NCBI GenBank assembly: GCA_002395065.1
Contig: DGVS01000005.1
Coordinates: 78,928-142,927 of the forward strand
DNA from: Bacillales bacterium UBA4278
GTDB taxonomy: Bacteria; Bacillota_I; Bacilli_A; RFN20; CAG-826
Reading direction: 5' to 3'
DNA: 64,000 nucleotides
This document shows, piece after piece, positions 9,490-19,685 of the stretch (position 1 is its first letter; each line of letters starts with the position of its first letter). The notes below the pieces were generated by a model. The model saw only the letters and a list, made by a program, of their open reading frames with translations. It did not search any database and was not told the origin of the DNA. Both the position numbers and the translations under genes were made by a program.

Positions 9490-10632
9490 TTATTTGGTTA
9501 AGACCTTTGGTCTTGACGAATAAATCGCCACTCCTTTTGGAATGCAGATACGGAATGTTTGGTTCGCGGCTTTAAAGTTGATCCAACCTAAACCTTGAAC
9601 ACCAATATCACGATAGTTACTTTCAGTAATTGTAATTTCAAAGACGTCTAAATCATGCCCAGAGTGAATTCTAGGAAGTGATGGCACAAGACGTTTACGT
9701 AAAACAGATTGAATAAATTTCTCATCAACATGTTGTCCGGTAATCTTTTTTAATTCAACATGGTCGTGGAAATAGCATTTAAACTCGGTTTTCTTGCCTT
9801 TTAGAAGTTGGATGTAGCCAATACCACCAAAGCAGAGAACTTGGCCTTCCTCGAGGCTTACTTTTTTGGCCTCAACAGCCTTGGTTAGATAGATTTGCTT
9901 AAGTGTGGCCTTATCGAGGTTATAAAGAATCGAGTTATTAATGGAAAGTCCTGGAGCATCATATAACGATGTTGTTCTAGAAAGAGGAATCTCCATAACT
10001 GATAATTTTGTTTTTGGATATAGATGTGTAGAGATAGTTCCTTTACTCATATTTGAGTAAACACGAAGGAACGATTGAACAAGAGTGGTTTTACCACTCA
10101 TTGAAGCTCCGACAACGTAGACATCTCTTCCGTTGCGGAGTTCGTATATTCTAGAAAGAATATGTTTAGCGTTTTCATCGGTTGTTGCTGTTGCTAAAAC
10201 AACGTCGTCCTTGGTTAATTTAATTCCAGATGCACGGAAACGATGGGCGACATATTCTTTGGTGTCTTCTTCGGTACATGTTGGTGGCAAAAGGTCAAAT
10301 TTGTTACCGACAACTAAAATATCCATACCTTGGATAATCGCGTTGATCTGGAGAGAGAAACTAGCTTCAAAAGAGAAGAGGTTTACTACGTAAACAAGTA
10401 GAGCGTTTTTACGTTTTGCATCCATGACAAACTTCAGATAGTCTTCACTGACTTCTGGTTCGTTGGATTTGTTGCGATAACGTTCCAGTTCAAAACAATG
10501 GTCACAGAACAAAAAGTTTTGTGATGCGTTTTCGAGTGTTTCTTTCTTAACGTAACCTTCTTTTGTTGGGTCTTCGCTTTGTAAGACTGCGCCGCAACTA
10601 TAGCAGCGACGAATTTGAGAAATTTTTGCCAT
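9490..10632 (-). CDS. yqeH: Ribosome biogenesis GTPase YqeH
   Basis: CYSC...CDHC zinc finger, NKFD, GASMSGKTT, DAPG in circularly permuted order; start 10632 after GGAGG. Confidence 0.85.
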   Translation of the reverse strand: MAKISQIRRCYSCGAVLQSEDPTKEGYVKKETLENASQNFLFCDHCFELERYRNKSNEPEVSEDYLKFVMDAKRKNALLVYVVNLFSFEASFSLQINAIIQGMDILVVGNKFDLLPPTCTEEDTKEYVAHRFRASGIKLTKDDVVLATATTDENAKHILSRIYELRNGRDVYVVGASMSGKTTLVQSFLRVYSNMSKGTISTHLYPKTKLSVMEIPLSRTTSLYDAPGLSINNSILYNLDKATLKQIYLTKAVEAKKVSLEEGQVLCFGGIGYIQLLKGKKTEFKCYFHDHVELKKITGQHVDEKFIQSVLRKRLVPSLPRIHSGHDLDVFEITITESNYRDIGVQGLGWINFKAANQTFRICIPKGVAIYSSRPKVLTK

Positions 10633-11153
10633 TATCTTTCCCTCCAATCAATTAATTTGCCTTTTCGTTTTAAATGACGACGAATTGGGCGATCAAACAA
10701 GCGGTTAAAGTGGGTTGTTGGTTGGTCTTCCTTAACAATTTTATCTGTGAGAATACATAGTATTCTAGCACGATTTGCTGAAGCAATATCCGTGACCGTT
10801 TGGTCACCAATCATCACCGCTGTTTTTAAATCAATTTGTGCTTCTTTTAGTTTACGAATCAGCTTTCGAGCAAATGGTTTGCCCACTGCTGAAGCATATC
10901 TAACTCCGAGAGCATTAGCGTATTCTTGGACACGTTTGCCAGTGTTATTAGAGATGATGAACAACTCAATCCCATTTTCTTCAAGAAACTGCTTAAATGA
11001 AACAACATTTGCGCTCGGTGTTTTTGTTTTATACGAATCTAGAGTATTGTCTAGATCCGATAAAACGGTCTTAATCCCATGCTTTTTATAAAAATCAATT
11101 TCGATTTCGAATATTGATTTCGCATGAGCATAAGGAGTGTAAACTTTGCACAT
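10632..11153 (-). CDS. yqeG: HAD IIIA phosphatase YqeG
   Basis: DLDNTL, ISNN, KP, MIGDQTVTDI. Confidence 0.9.
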   Translation of the reverse strand: MCKVYTPYAHAKSIFEIEIDFYKKHGIKTVLSDLDNTLDSYKTKTPSANVVSFKQFLEENGIELFIISNNTGKRVQEYANALGVRYASAVGKPFARKLIRKLKEAQIDLKTAVMIGDQTVTDIASANRARILCILTDKIVKEDQPTTHFNRLFDRPIRRHLKRKGKLIDWRER

Positions 11154-11210
11154 ATCTTAATTATACACATTCTTTAGTTAACTAAAAGTGAGAATAATTC
11201 GCATATGTAT

Positions 11211-11240
11211 GAAAAAAACGCCGATTTCGCAGCGTTTTTC
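11211..11240 (-). terminator. Intrinsic terminator after parC
   Basis: AAAAACGC...GCGTTTTT stem with U tract. Confidence 0.6.
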
Positions 11241-11257
11241 ATTAATTTTGGAGTTAA

Positions 11258-13882
11258 TTAGTCATCCAGAATATCATCATCAAAGATGGAGATTTGGGTA
11301 TAACCTTTTTCCTCTTCTTTTTTCATCTCTTCTAAAGAAGTTTCTTCGGATTTATTGTCTTCTTTGAACTCAACAACATCCTCTTTTGGAACGTAGTGAG
11401 AAACGATCTTATCATCCACAAATTCACTTGATTCAACAAACGGCGTAATTAAGCGAATTTTTGCGCTTATTTCGACACTTTGTTTGGCGTATCGATCCAT
11501 TGGAGTGAGATGATAATCATCCACAACAATGTCACGAATCTCCTGCATGTTGTCTAAGAAGCGAATCGTATTCGATTCTTCTTCCTTGTTAAGCTTGAAG
11601 GCGTAAACAAGTTCATGGACATCAGATTTAAATGACTTAAAGACACATGAAGAGTGACCTAAACGAGAGGTTAATTCGGTCTTTTCCACATCATAAATTC
11701 TGACGCAGGCTTTATTGGTAATAACAACGACTTTTCCTTTGGTGTTATCCTTTGGATAAGCAAGGACATTTACGATGTGCGCTTTACCTAGTTTAGCAAA
11801 CGATTTTACACCACCACTACGCATGCCGCTTGTTGGTAGTTCATTTTCATTAAACATCGTTGAATTTCCATCACTAGTGAAGAGGACCAAATTCGAATCC
11901 CCGTCAGTTAATGTGACGTCAGCTAATTCATCATCCTGGAGTAATTTGATGCAGATCAGTGGTTTAGAATAACGGACAACTCGGAAATCCGAGACTGGAA
12001 GACGTTTAATTTGTCCGTTTTTGGTGACAAGAGCAAAGAATAAGTCGCTTCTAAATGTATCTACCGCATATGCACGCACTATTTTTTCATTAGGATTTAA
12101 AGAAATTAAATAGTTAATGTGACGACCTTCTTCTTTCCACTTATTTTCGGTTAATTGGTGCACTGGAATATAAAGGAAGTTCCCATCATTTGTAAAACAA
12201 ATGAGATAGTCGGTTGTATAAACTTCTCCATTATAAACAAGGACGTCTCCAGCTTTCATACCTGGAAGTGGGTTTTCTCCGCTTGAACGATATGATTTTA
12301 AGGAGGAATATTTCATATAACCATCACGAGTAATTGCGAGTTTAACAAGTTCTTTGCTGATTAAATCACGTTTATCAATGGTTGCTGATTCATGTTTATC
12401 AACAATTTGTGTTTTTCTCTCGTAACCATATTTTTTGGAGATTTCACGAAGATCACTAATCAGTAGACGATTGAGTTTATTTCTGTCTTCAAGAATTCCT
12501 TTTAGGAATTCGATTTTCTCTTCTAAGGATTTTTTCTCATTTAAAAGTGTTGTGATGTCGGTGTTAGACAACTTATAAAGTTGTAACATGACAATCGCTT
12601 CAGACTGTGCTTCACTAAAACCGAATTTTTCTTGTAAATTCTTCTTTGCATCAGCTTTATCTTTCGATTTTCTGATTAAATCAACGACTTCATCAAGAAT
12701 TGAAATGGCTTTGATTAAACCGTCAACGATATGCAGACGTGATTGGTTCTTATTCAGTTCGAAATTTGAGCGTCTTGTGATGACGTTAACTTGGTGTTCA
12801 ATATAACAATCAATGAAATCTAGAAGATTCATTGTTTTTGGTGAACCATTAACAATCGCGACCATATTGGCCGAGTAAGAAGAACGTAATCCAGACTTAC
12901 TTAAAAGGTATTGATGAATAACGTCAATATTCGCTTCTTTTTTGACATCGATAACAATGCGTAAACCTTGACGATCAGATTCATCACGAACTTCAGCAAT
13001 GCCTGGTAAAACATTGTTGTGTCGGAGCATATCGATCTCGTGAACAATGTCAATTTTAACTGCTTTATATGGAATTTCAGTGACGATAATTTTCTTTTCT
13101 TTTTCAGTATTAATCACTTCGGTTTTTGAAAGAATTTCGATTCTTCCTCGACCCTCTAAATAGATGTCTTCAAGACCCTTTGAACGGATGATTAAACCAC
13201 CGCCTGGAAAGTCTGGTCCTGGAACAAATTGGAGGAGGTCTTTTGGTTCAACTCGGACGTGATTAATGCGATAAATGATTGCTTCAATAACCTCTCTGAG
13301 GTTATGTGTAGGAATTTCTGTGGCCATACCAACAGCGATACCTTCGCTACCATTAACAAGCAAATTTGGAAAGCGAGAAGGCACGACAACAGGCTCAAAA
13401 TTTTCATCATCAAATGTAAGCGACATGTCCACTGTATCTTTATCGATATCGCGGATCATTTCTTCAGCGATTTGACTGAGTCGAGCCTCGGTATATCGAT
13501 AAGCAGCAGGACCATCTCCATCAATGGATCCGTTGTTACCTTGGAAGTCAATTAATGGGTTATTTACTTTCCATGTTTGGCTCATACGAACAAGAGCTTC
13601 ATAAATGGAACTATCACCATGCGGGTGATAAGTACCCATGACAGCACCAACTGTGTGAGCACATTTTCTTGTTGGACGAGTGAAAATATTGCCATCTTTG
13701 TACATGGCATAAATAATTCTTCTTTGAACTGGTTTTAAACCATCTCGAGCATCTGGAATCGCACGATCCTGGATGACGTATTTAGCGTAAGTCGCAAAGC
13801 GACTTCCCATAATCTCTTCCATCGTCTCATGATGGATGTTTTCGATGATTTCGACTGGTTGAACTTCTTTTTTCTTCGCCAT
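11258..13882 (-). CDS. parC: DNA topoisomerase IV subunit A
   Basis: DRAIPDARDGLKPVQRR, YHPHGDSSIY, AAYRYTE; no GyrA box seen; parE/plsY context. Confidence 0.9.
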   Translation of the reverse strand: MAKKKEVQPVEIIENIHHETMEEIMGSRFATYAKYVIQDRAIPDARDGLKPVQRRIIYAMYKDGNIFTRPTRKCAHTVGAVMGTYHPHGDSSIYEALVRMSQTWKVNNPLIDFQGNNGSIDGDGPAAYRYTEARLSQIAEEMIRDIDKDTVDMSLTFDDENFEPVVVPSRFPNLLVNGSEGIAVGMATEIPTHNLREVIEAIIYRINHVRVEPKDLLQFVPGPDFPGGGLIIRSKGLEDIYLEGRGRIEILSKTEVINTEKEKKIIVTEIPYKAVKIDIVHEIDMLRHNNVLPGIAEVRDESDRQGLRIVIDVKKEANIDVIHQYLLSKSGLRSSYSANMVAIVNGSPKTMNLLDFIDCYIEHQVNVITRRSNFELNKNQSRLHIVDGLIKAISILDEVVDLIRKSKDKADAKKNLQEKFGFSEAQSEAIVMLQLYKLSNTDITTLLNEKKSLEEKIEFLKGILEDRNKLNRLLISDLREISKKYGYERKTQIVDKHESATIDKRDLISKELVKLAITRDGYMKYSSLKSYRSSGENPLPGMKAGDVLVYNGEVYTTDYLICFTNDGNFLYIPVHQLTENKWKEEGRHINYLISLNPNEKIVRAYAVDTFRSDLFFALVTKNGQIKRLPVSDFRVVRYSKPLICIKLLQDDELADVTLTDGDSNLVLFTSDGNSTMFNENELPTSGMRSGGVKSFAKLGKAHIVNVLAYPKDNTKGKVVVITNKACVRIYDVEKTELTSRLGHSSCVFKSFKSDVHELVYAFKLNKEEESNTIRFLDNMQEIRDIVVDDYHLTPMDRYAKQSVEISAKIRLITPFVESSEFVDDKIVSHYVPKEDVVEFKEDNKSEETSLEEMKKEEEKGYTQISIFDDDILDD

Positions 13883-13883
13883 C

Positions 13884-15827
13884 TTATTTCACCTCATCAA
13901 TAAACGAATCAACTTCGTTGAAGTTAATGTTTTCTTCGATCCAACGACGTCTTGTAGCTGGGTCATTACCCATTAAAATAGTTAATTCTTGGGCTGCTAA
14001 TAAGGAATCTTCGATTGTGACTTGAGTTAATTGTCTTGTCGCTGGATTCATGGTTGTTTCCCATAGTTGATCAGCGTTCATTTCACCTAAACCTTTATAG
14101 CGGGAAACCTTGCATCCAGGACCGACTTCTTTCTTAGCTTGTTCTAATCCAATATCATCCCAGGCATATCGATGAATCATTTTATGATTCACTTCTCTTT
14201 GAACTCGGTATAAAGGAGGCATTGCGACAAAGAGTCGGCCTTTCTTAATGAGTTCCGGCATAAAGTTATAGAAGAAGGTAATTAAAAGTGTTTGAATGTG
14301 TGCTCCATCGGTATCAGCATCAGTCATAATAATGATTTTTCCGTATCTAGCATGATCGATATTAAACGACTCATTTACACCAGTTCCGATGGTGTTAATT
14401 AATGTCGCACATTCTTCATTTTTAAGGACTTTATCTAAAGGAAGTCCAAAAGTATTTAGTGGTTTACCACGCAGTGGTAAGATTGCTTGATGACTTCGAT
14501 CACGTGAGTTTTTCGCTGTTCCACCAGCAGAATCACCCTCAACAATGAATAATTCGTTACTATCATAATCCTTGGATGTTGCTGGAGTAAGTTTATCAGA
14601 CAAGACTATGTCTTGTTTGATACTTTTCTTAGAACGGATCTCTTCTTTGGCTTTTCTAGCCGCTAAACGAGCACTTTGAGCCTTCAAACATTTCTGGATT
14701 AACGAAACAGCAAAATCTTTGTGTTCGTTCATATAATAACTAAAGTTATTATAAATAAAGTTAGTTACAAGAGGTAAAGCTTCAGGAGTACCAAGTTTTT
14801 GCTTAGTTTGACCTTCATATTCGAGCTTTTCCTCAGGTATTTTTAAGGAAATAATTGCGGTTAAACCTTCACGGATGTCATTTCCATCGAGTTTTTGTTT
14901 ACTTCGTAAAAGGTTATTTTGTTCGGCATAATCGTTTACAATTTTAGTTAAACCAGCACGTAAGCCTTGTTCATGAGTACCACCGTCACGGGTTCTGACA
15001 TTATTTGCATAAGAATAGATTGTTTCTTGATAATCATCAGAACAGTATTGCAAAGCAATACTAATAGCAATGCCGTTTTCTTTTCCTTCAAAATAAATCG
15101 ACTCACCTATACGTTGTTTTTTCTCGGTAAGGTAGTTCACATATTCCTTAATTCCGTCTTTATAGCAGAATTCCGAATGTTGACCACTTCTTTCATCATG
15201 AAGAGTGAATTTTACACCGCGGAGAAGATAAGCACTTTCTTGGATGTGGTTGGCAATAATATCGTATTTAAAATCAACACTAGAGAAGATTCGTGCGTCA
15301 GGTTTAAATCTGATCAATGAACCACGCTTCTTGGTTTTACCAAGAACTTCGAGTGGAGTCTCAAGTTTACCACCATCTTTGAAACGAATATGATAGATTT
15401 TTCCATCCCTAAAAACAGTCACATCACAGTAGTCAGAAAGGGCGTTTGTAACAGAGCTTCCGACACCATGAAGACCAGCACTACTTTGGTAGGCTTTATT
15501 CGAGAATTTTCCACCAGAATGGAGGGTGGTAAAAATGAGTTGAACAGCTGGCATTCCAGTAGCTTTATGGATGTCGACTGGGATACCTCTACCACCATCT
15601 AAAACTGATAAAGAACCATCCTTATGGATGGTTAAGTTAATTTCATTACCATAACCATTAAGTGCTTCATCAACCGCGTTATCAACAATTTCCCACACCA
15701 AATGATGTAGTCCACTAAGGTTAGTTGAACCGATGTACATGGCTGGTCTTTTTCTGACACCAGAAAGACCCTCTAAAAGGTCAATATCGGCAGCAGTATA
15801 AGACGTGTTTTTATTTGTTTCTGACAT
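13884..15827 (-). CDS. parE: DNA topoisomerase IV subunit B
   Basis: VRKRPAMYIG, EIVDNAVDE, VEGDSAGG, PLRGK, MTDADTDG, YKGLGEMN; divergent from plsY as in Firmicutes. Confidence 0.9.
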   Translation of the reverse strand: MSETNKNTSYTAADIDLLEGLSGVRKRPAMYIGSTNLSGLHHLVWEIVDNAVDEALNGYGNEINLTIHKDGSLSVLDGGRGIPVDIHKATGMPAVQLIFTTLHSGGKFSNKAYQSSAGLHGVGSSVTNALSDYCDVTVFRDGKIYHIRFKDGGKLETPLEVLGKTKKRGSLIRFKPDARIFSSVDFKYDIIANHIQESAYLLRGVKFTLHDERSGQHSEFCYKDGIKEYVNYLTEKKQRIGESIYFEGKENGIAISIALQYCSDDYQETIYSYANNVRTRDGGTHEQGLRAGLTKIVNDYAEQNNLLRSKQKLDGNDIREGLTAIISLKIPEEKLEYEGQTKQKLGTPEALPLVTNFIYNNFSYYMNEHKDFAVSLIQKCLKAQSARLAARKAKEEIRSKKSIKQDIVLSDKLTPATSKDYDSNELFIVEGDSAGGTAKNSRDRSHQAILPLRGKPLNTFGLPLDKVLKNEECATLINTIGTGVNESFNIDHARYGKIIIMTDADTDGAHIQTLLITFFYNFMPELIKKGRLFVAMPPLYRVQREVNHKMIHRYAWDDIGLEQAKKEVGPGCKVSRYKGLGEMNADQLWETTMNPATRQLTQVTIEDSLLAAQELTILMGNDPATRRRWIEENINFNEVDSFIDEVK

Positions 15828-15926
15828 ATGCTTAATTCAATTTCCAGAAATTGATTATAGCAAACAAAAGGTTGAAAAAGCACGGAGTTTTTTATTAGAA
15901 TAAATGACGTATTTAGGAGATTTGAA

Positions 15927-16667
15927 ATGGATATTATTTTATATAATATAATCGTCGGTTTTTTATCATTAATTTTAGGTTATTTTTTTGGATCTATTCC
16001 AACAGGAATCATTCTTGGAAAGGTCTTTTTTCATCGTGATCCACGTCAAGAAGGCTCAAAAAACTCGGGTGGAACGAACGTCGGAAGACTATTTGGTAAG
16101 AAAATTGGCTTACTTTGCATCATCCTCGATATGATCAAAACTGTGATTCCTTTAATAATTGCTTGGTCAATTATTAAATTCTCTTCCTTAAACCAAGTTT
16201 TAGTCGATAACTTTGGCTCTGGCTTATGGAACAATGGAGTCCTTTATGTTTATCTTGCTCCTTTAGGAGCAATGGTTGGACATTGTTATCCTGTGTTTGC
16301 GAAGTTTAATGGAGGTAAAGCTGTGGCAACTGTCGCAGGATTTGTTCTTGCAACATCATGGTTACTCTCTGTTATCGGTTTAGCAGTCTTCTTTATAGTT
16401 CTTAAAATTAAAAAGTATGTTTCACTTGGTTCCATGGTTACAATCGTTGTTGTGACACTTGTTGCTTGGATCATGGTTATCGTTAAATACTTTGGTCCAG
16501 TCTCATTTGCAAACTTCGGAATGTATGGTTGGGGCGATTATGTTGTTGCCGGATTTGAGTATGCCGGTGTGATGACATTCGGAGCGGCGTTATTAATCTA
16601 TAGACACCGCACAAACATCAAACGATTGAGCAATCATGAAGAATCAAAAATTAAGTGGTTAAGTTAG
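15927..16667 (+). CDS. plsY: Glycerol-3-phosphate acyltransferase PlsY
   Basis: GYFFGSIP, GSKNSGGTN, GHCYP, FNGGKAVAT, HRTNIKRL. Confidence 0.95.
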   Translation: MDIILYNIIVGFLSLILGYFFGSIPTGIILGKVFFHRDPRQEGSKNSGGTNVGRLFGKKIGLLCIILDMIKTVIPLIIAWSIIKFSSLNQVLVDNFGSGLWNNGVLYVYLAPLGAMVGHCYPVFAKFNGGKAVATVAGFVLATSWLLSVIGLAVFFIVLKIKKYVSLGSMVTIVVVTLVAWIMVIVKYFGPVSFANFGMYGWGDYVVAGFEYAGVMTFGAALLIYRHRTNIKRLSNHEESKIKWLS

Positions 16668-16692
16668 TAGTTGTTTAGTAGCAAATTAGTAG
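16664..16692 (+). repeat. TTAGTAG heptad array (array 3)
   Basis: Three perfect TTAGTAG at 16664, 16675, 16686. Confidence 0.85.
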
Positions 16693-16702
16693 ATAATTAC
16701 AG

Positions 16703-16735
16703 TGTTGATAAAACACTCATCTATATTGTGGATAA
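16703..16735 (-). promoter_or_regulatory. Two co-oriented DnaA boxes
   Basis: TTATCCACA (perfect, 16727-16735) and TTATCAACA (16703-16711) on the minus strand. Confidence 0.55.
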
Positions 16736-16840
16736 ACAAATTATTCCGATTTGATGGGTGTTTTTCATTGACACTTTTTAAAATCGTCAACGTACCACTA
16801 CCACAACTGCACAAAATTTTTATATAGCAAAATTGGGCAC

Positions 16841-16866
16841 AAAAAAAGCGCCCGTTTAAGGCGCTT
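16841..16866 (-). terminator. Intrinsic terminator after efp-yneF
   Basis: AAGCGCC-loop-GGCGCTT plus U tract on minus strand. Confidence 0.75.
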
Positions 16867-16890
16867 AATTTGCTTGGGTGAGGAATTGTC

Positions 16891-17112
16891 TTACCCGTTT
16901 CTTTTCATGCTGTTCATGACCGCTCTGACTTGAGCTTCAGATGGCTTGCGTCCCATCTGTTGGAACATGGCACGAATCATCTTTTCGTTGATTGGAGGAT
17001 TCTTCTGAAGTTCACGCTTGAAGAACCAACGTGAGAGGAAGAAGCCCACCGCAAGACCGACGATTAAGACACCAATAAGGGCTCCAATGAAGCCGCCGAC
17101 TGAGATATCCAT
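16891..17112 (-). CDS. yneF: YneF family (UPF0154) membrane protein
   Basis: TM helix then KNPPINEKMIRAMFQQMGRKPSE. Confidence 0.9.
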   Translation of the reverse strand: MDISVGGFIGALIGVLIVGLAVGFFLSRWFFKRELQKNPPINEKMIRAMFQQMGRKPSEAQVRAVMNSMKRNG

Positions 17113-17128
17113 AATTTAAATCTCCTTT

Positions 17129-17683
17129 TTAGGCGCGTCCGTCGTATTCACCAGTGTCGGTGCGAACAAGGATCTTTTCGCCATTGTTAATGAATAATGG
17201 GACTTTGGTCTTAAGACCAGTCTCTAAAACCGCCTGTTTCATTGCTTTATTAACAGTGTCGCCGCGAACTCCAGGTTCGCATTCGGTAATTGTTAAAGCA
17301 ACTGTTGATGGAAGAGAAATTCCAAGAATTTCATCATCATAGAAGAGAATTTCGATTTCAGAACCAGAAACAAGGAAGTTCTTTTCCCATTCTAAACGGT
17401 CTTTATTAATTTCGATTTGTTCATAGGTTTCATTATCCATGAAGACAAAGTTAACTCCGTCATCATAAAGGAATCCCATTTTCTTCTTAGAAAGCGTTGC
17501 TTTCTCGACATCATAACCAGAGTTACGAGCAAGTTCAATGATTGCTCCTGTACGCATATTTTTAGCTTTGACTTTAGCAACCATCTTACGCATCGCTGTC
17601 TTATTTAATAAGATATCGAGCACTTGATAAAGGTTACCTTCGTCGATGAAATAGTTTCCAGGACGTAATTCAGTAACGTTCAT
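17129..17683 (-). CDS. efp: Elongation factor P
   Basis: FLYDDG, FMDNETYEQ, EPGVRGDT, LETG..VPLFI, DTGEY. Confidence 0.93.
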   Translation of the reverse strand: MNVTELRPGNYFIDEGNLYQVLDILLNKTAMRKMVAKVKAKNMRTGAIIELARNSGYDVEKATLSKKKMGFLYDDGVNFVFMDNETYEQIEINKDRLEWEKNFLVSGSEIEILFYDDEILGISLPSTVALTITECEPGVRGDTVNKAMKQAVLETGLKTKVPLFINNGEKILVRTDTGEYDGRA

Positions 17684-17722
17684 ATTTAGTTCCTCCTAAA
17701 ACGCTAACAATTATATCTAAAA

Positions 17723-18361
17723 TTAGATATTTCGTAAATATGAGTTATATTTCTTCTCTCTTTCAAGAGTAGTTTTTGGCCCATGACCAGGGTAAATTGT
17801 GTAATTTTTCTCTAGATTCACAAGCTTTTCTAAGCTTGAAGACATTAATCGAGGAGCGCTGCTTGCTAGATCAACTCTTCCGACAGTTGTGTAAAAGAGA
17901 GTGTCTCCGCTAAACATTGCGTTTTCCTCATCGACAAGAAAAACTGCTGATCCACGAGTATGAAATGGAGTTGCTATACACTTAATAGTGTATCCGCATG
18001 TTTCAAACTCTTCTCCATCCATTAACTCTTTCATGTTCTTAGGACGATAGACAAGATTCTTGTTTCCGTATTCAGTCCAACTAGAAAGATTATATTTCGG
18101 ATTATCGATTTCCTTTGCTTCTTCTTCATAAATGAAGACAGTGGCATTTGGGAAAGCATTTACCACCGCTTCTAAGGCATCAATATGGTCAAAATGGACA
18201 TGAGTGATAAGGATTGCCTCGATTGTTAATTCGAGGTGATTAATATGATCAAGTAAACAATTGTTAATGTTATAACCAGGATCGACTAAAATAGCATGTT
18301 TTTTATCTTTCCACATCAAATATGATGTGCAGGCTATTCTAGAACGAAATAAATCGATCAT
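17723..18361 (-). CDS. MBL-fold metallo-hydrolase (glyoxalase II/YqgX-like)
   Basis: THVHFDH, TPFHT.GS, SGDTLF, PGHG. Confidence 0.85.
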   Translation of the reverse strand: MIDLFRSRIACTSYLMWKDKKHAILVDPGYNINNCLLDHINHLELTIEAILITHVHFDHIDALEAVVNAFPNATVFIYEEEAKEIDNPKYNLSSWTEYGNKNLVYRPKNMKELMDGEEFETCGYTIKCIATPFHTRGSAVFLVDEENAMFSGDTLFYTTVGRVDLASSAPRLMSSSLEKLVNLEKNYTIYPGHGPKTTLEREKKYNSYLRNI

Positions 18362-18384
18362 ATATAAAAAAATAAGGATGAACC

Positions 18385-18537
18385 TTATTTCTTCTCCTTA
18401 TGCACTGTGTGCTTTTTGCATCTTGGACAGTATTTTTTGGTTTCCATACGGTCTGGATGCTCTTTTTTATTTTTATCGGCGATGTAGTTTTCTTCGCCAC
18501 AAACGGTGCATTTTAATGTGAAATGATCTCTTGGCAT
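18385..18537 (-). CDS. rpmG: 50S ribosomal protein L33 (zinc-binding type)
   Basis: [13 protein letters not shown]...[17 protein letters not shown]; start 18537 after GGAGG. Confidence 0.95.
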   Translation of the reverse strand: MPRDHFTLKCTVCGEENYIADKNKKEHPDRMETKKYCPRCKKHTVHKEKK

Positions 18538-18624
18538 AGTTATTTCCTCCGTTAAGCAAGTAAGATAATACCACAAGGCTAAAAATATATCTACAAGATA
18601 TTTTAAGAATGATATAATCAATTC

Positions 18625-19683
18625 ATGGCTCAATTAGCTCGAGAAAAAACAAAACAAATTCATATTGGAAAGATTGCTCTTGGTGGACAGAACAAAGTTC
18701 TAATCCAATCCATGTGTAATATTAAAACATCCAACTTCATAGAAGTTGCTGAACAAATTAACGCTTGCGCTGCTCTTGGAGCAGACTTAATGCGTGTTAG
18801 TGTTTTAGACATGGATGATGCTCACGCAATTAAAGAGATTAAATCACGAATTAGTGTCCCATTAATTGCTGATATCCATTTTGACTATAAATTAGCCTTA
18901 GCTTCTATTGAAGCTGGTGTTGATGCAATCAGATTAAATCCTGGAAATATTGGATCAAAAGAGAATGTCCAAAAAGTAGTCGAAGAATGTAAACAAAAAC
19001 ACATTCCAATTCGCGTTGGTGTTAACTCTGGATCAATTGATAAGGAAGTGAACAACAACACAGCCATTGTTACCGCTAAAGAACTTGTTGAATCTGTTTC
19101 AAGAATGGTAAAAATTCTTGAGGATTTGGACTTCTATGACATTGTTATTTCTTTGAAATGTTCTCATGTTCTTGAAACAATCGAGTCTTATAGACTCGCA
19201 AGTAAGAAATTTAAATATCCACTGCATCTTGGAATTACTGAAGCTGGACCAAAGGATATCGGACTTGTCCGTTCCGTTGCTGGCTTAGCTCCGCTATTAA
19301 GTGAAGGTATCGGAGATACAATTCGTATCTCACTTAGTGATGAACCAGAAGAAGAAGTGCGTGCCTGCCGACGTCTTTTAAAGGATTTAGGAATCCGAAA
19401 CGATTATCCTAATCTTATTTCGTGTCCGACATGTGGTCGAACACAAGTTAATCTTGTTCCACTTGCCAACAAGATTTCGAAGTTTCTTGAAGAAAACAAG
19501 ATTAATAAGACCGTCGCTGTGATGGGTTGCATTGTCAATGGTCCAGGCGAAGCTAAACGCGCTGACATTGGCTGCGCTGGCGGAAAAGGCGAGTGGGTTA
19601 TCTTTAAAAAAGATACAATCATTAAAAAAGTTCCTGATAAAGATATTTATGAGGAACTTACTAAATTAATTAAAGAATTATAA
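18625..19683 (+). CDS. ispG: HMBPP synthase
   Basis: [44 protein letters not shown]. Confidence 0.97.
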   Translation: MAQLAREKTKQIHIGKIALGGQNKVLIQSMCNIKTSNFIEVAEQINACAALGADLMRVSVLDMDDAHAIKEIKSRISVPLIADIHFDYKLALASIEAGVDAIRLNPGNIGSKENVQKVVEECKQKHIPIRVGVNSGSIDKEVNNNTAIVTAKELVESVSRMVKILEDLDFYDIVISLKCSHVLETIESYRLASKKFKYPLHLGITEAGPKDIGLVRSVAGLAPLLSEGIGDTIRISLSDEPEEEVRACRRLLKDLGIRNDYPNLISCPTCGRTQVNLVPLANKISKFLEENKINKTVAVMGCIVNGPGEAKRADIGCAGGKGEWVIFKKDTIIKKVPDKDIYEELTKLIKEL

Positions 19684-19685
19684 AA

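Noticed and set aside
16664-16735. Possible oriC (DnaA boxes plus TAG repeats)
   Set aside because: Genes converge on this region, dif is nearby, there is no dnaA/dnaN, only two boxes, and the trios are not contiguous
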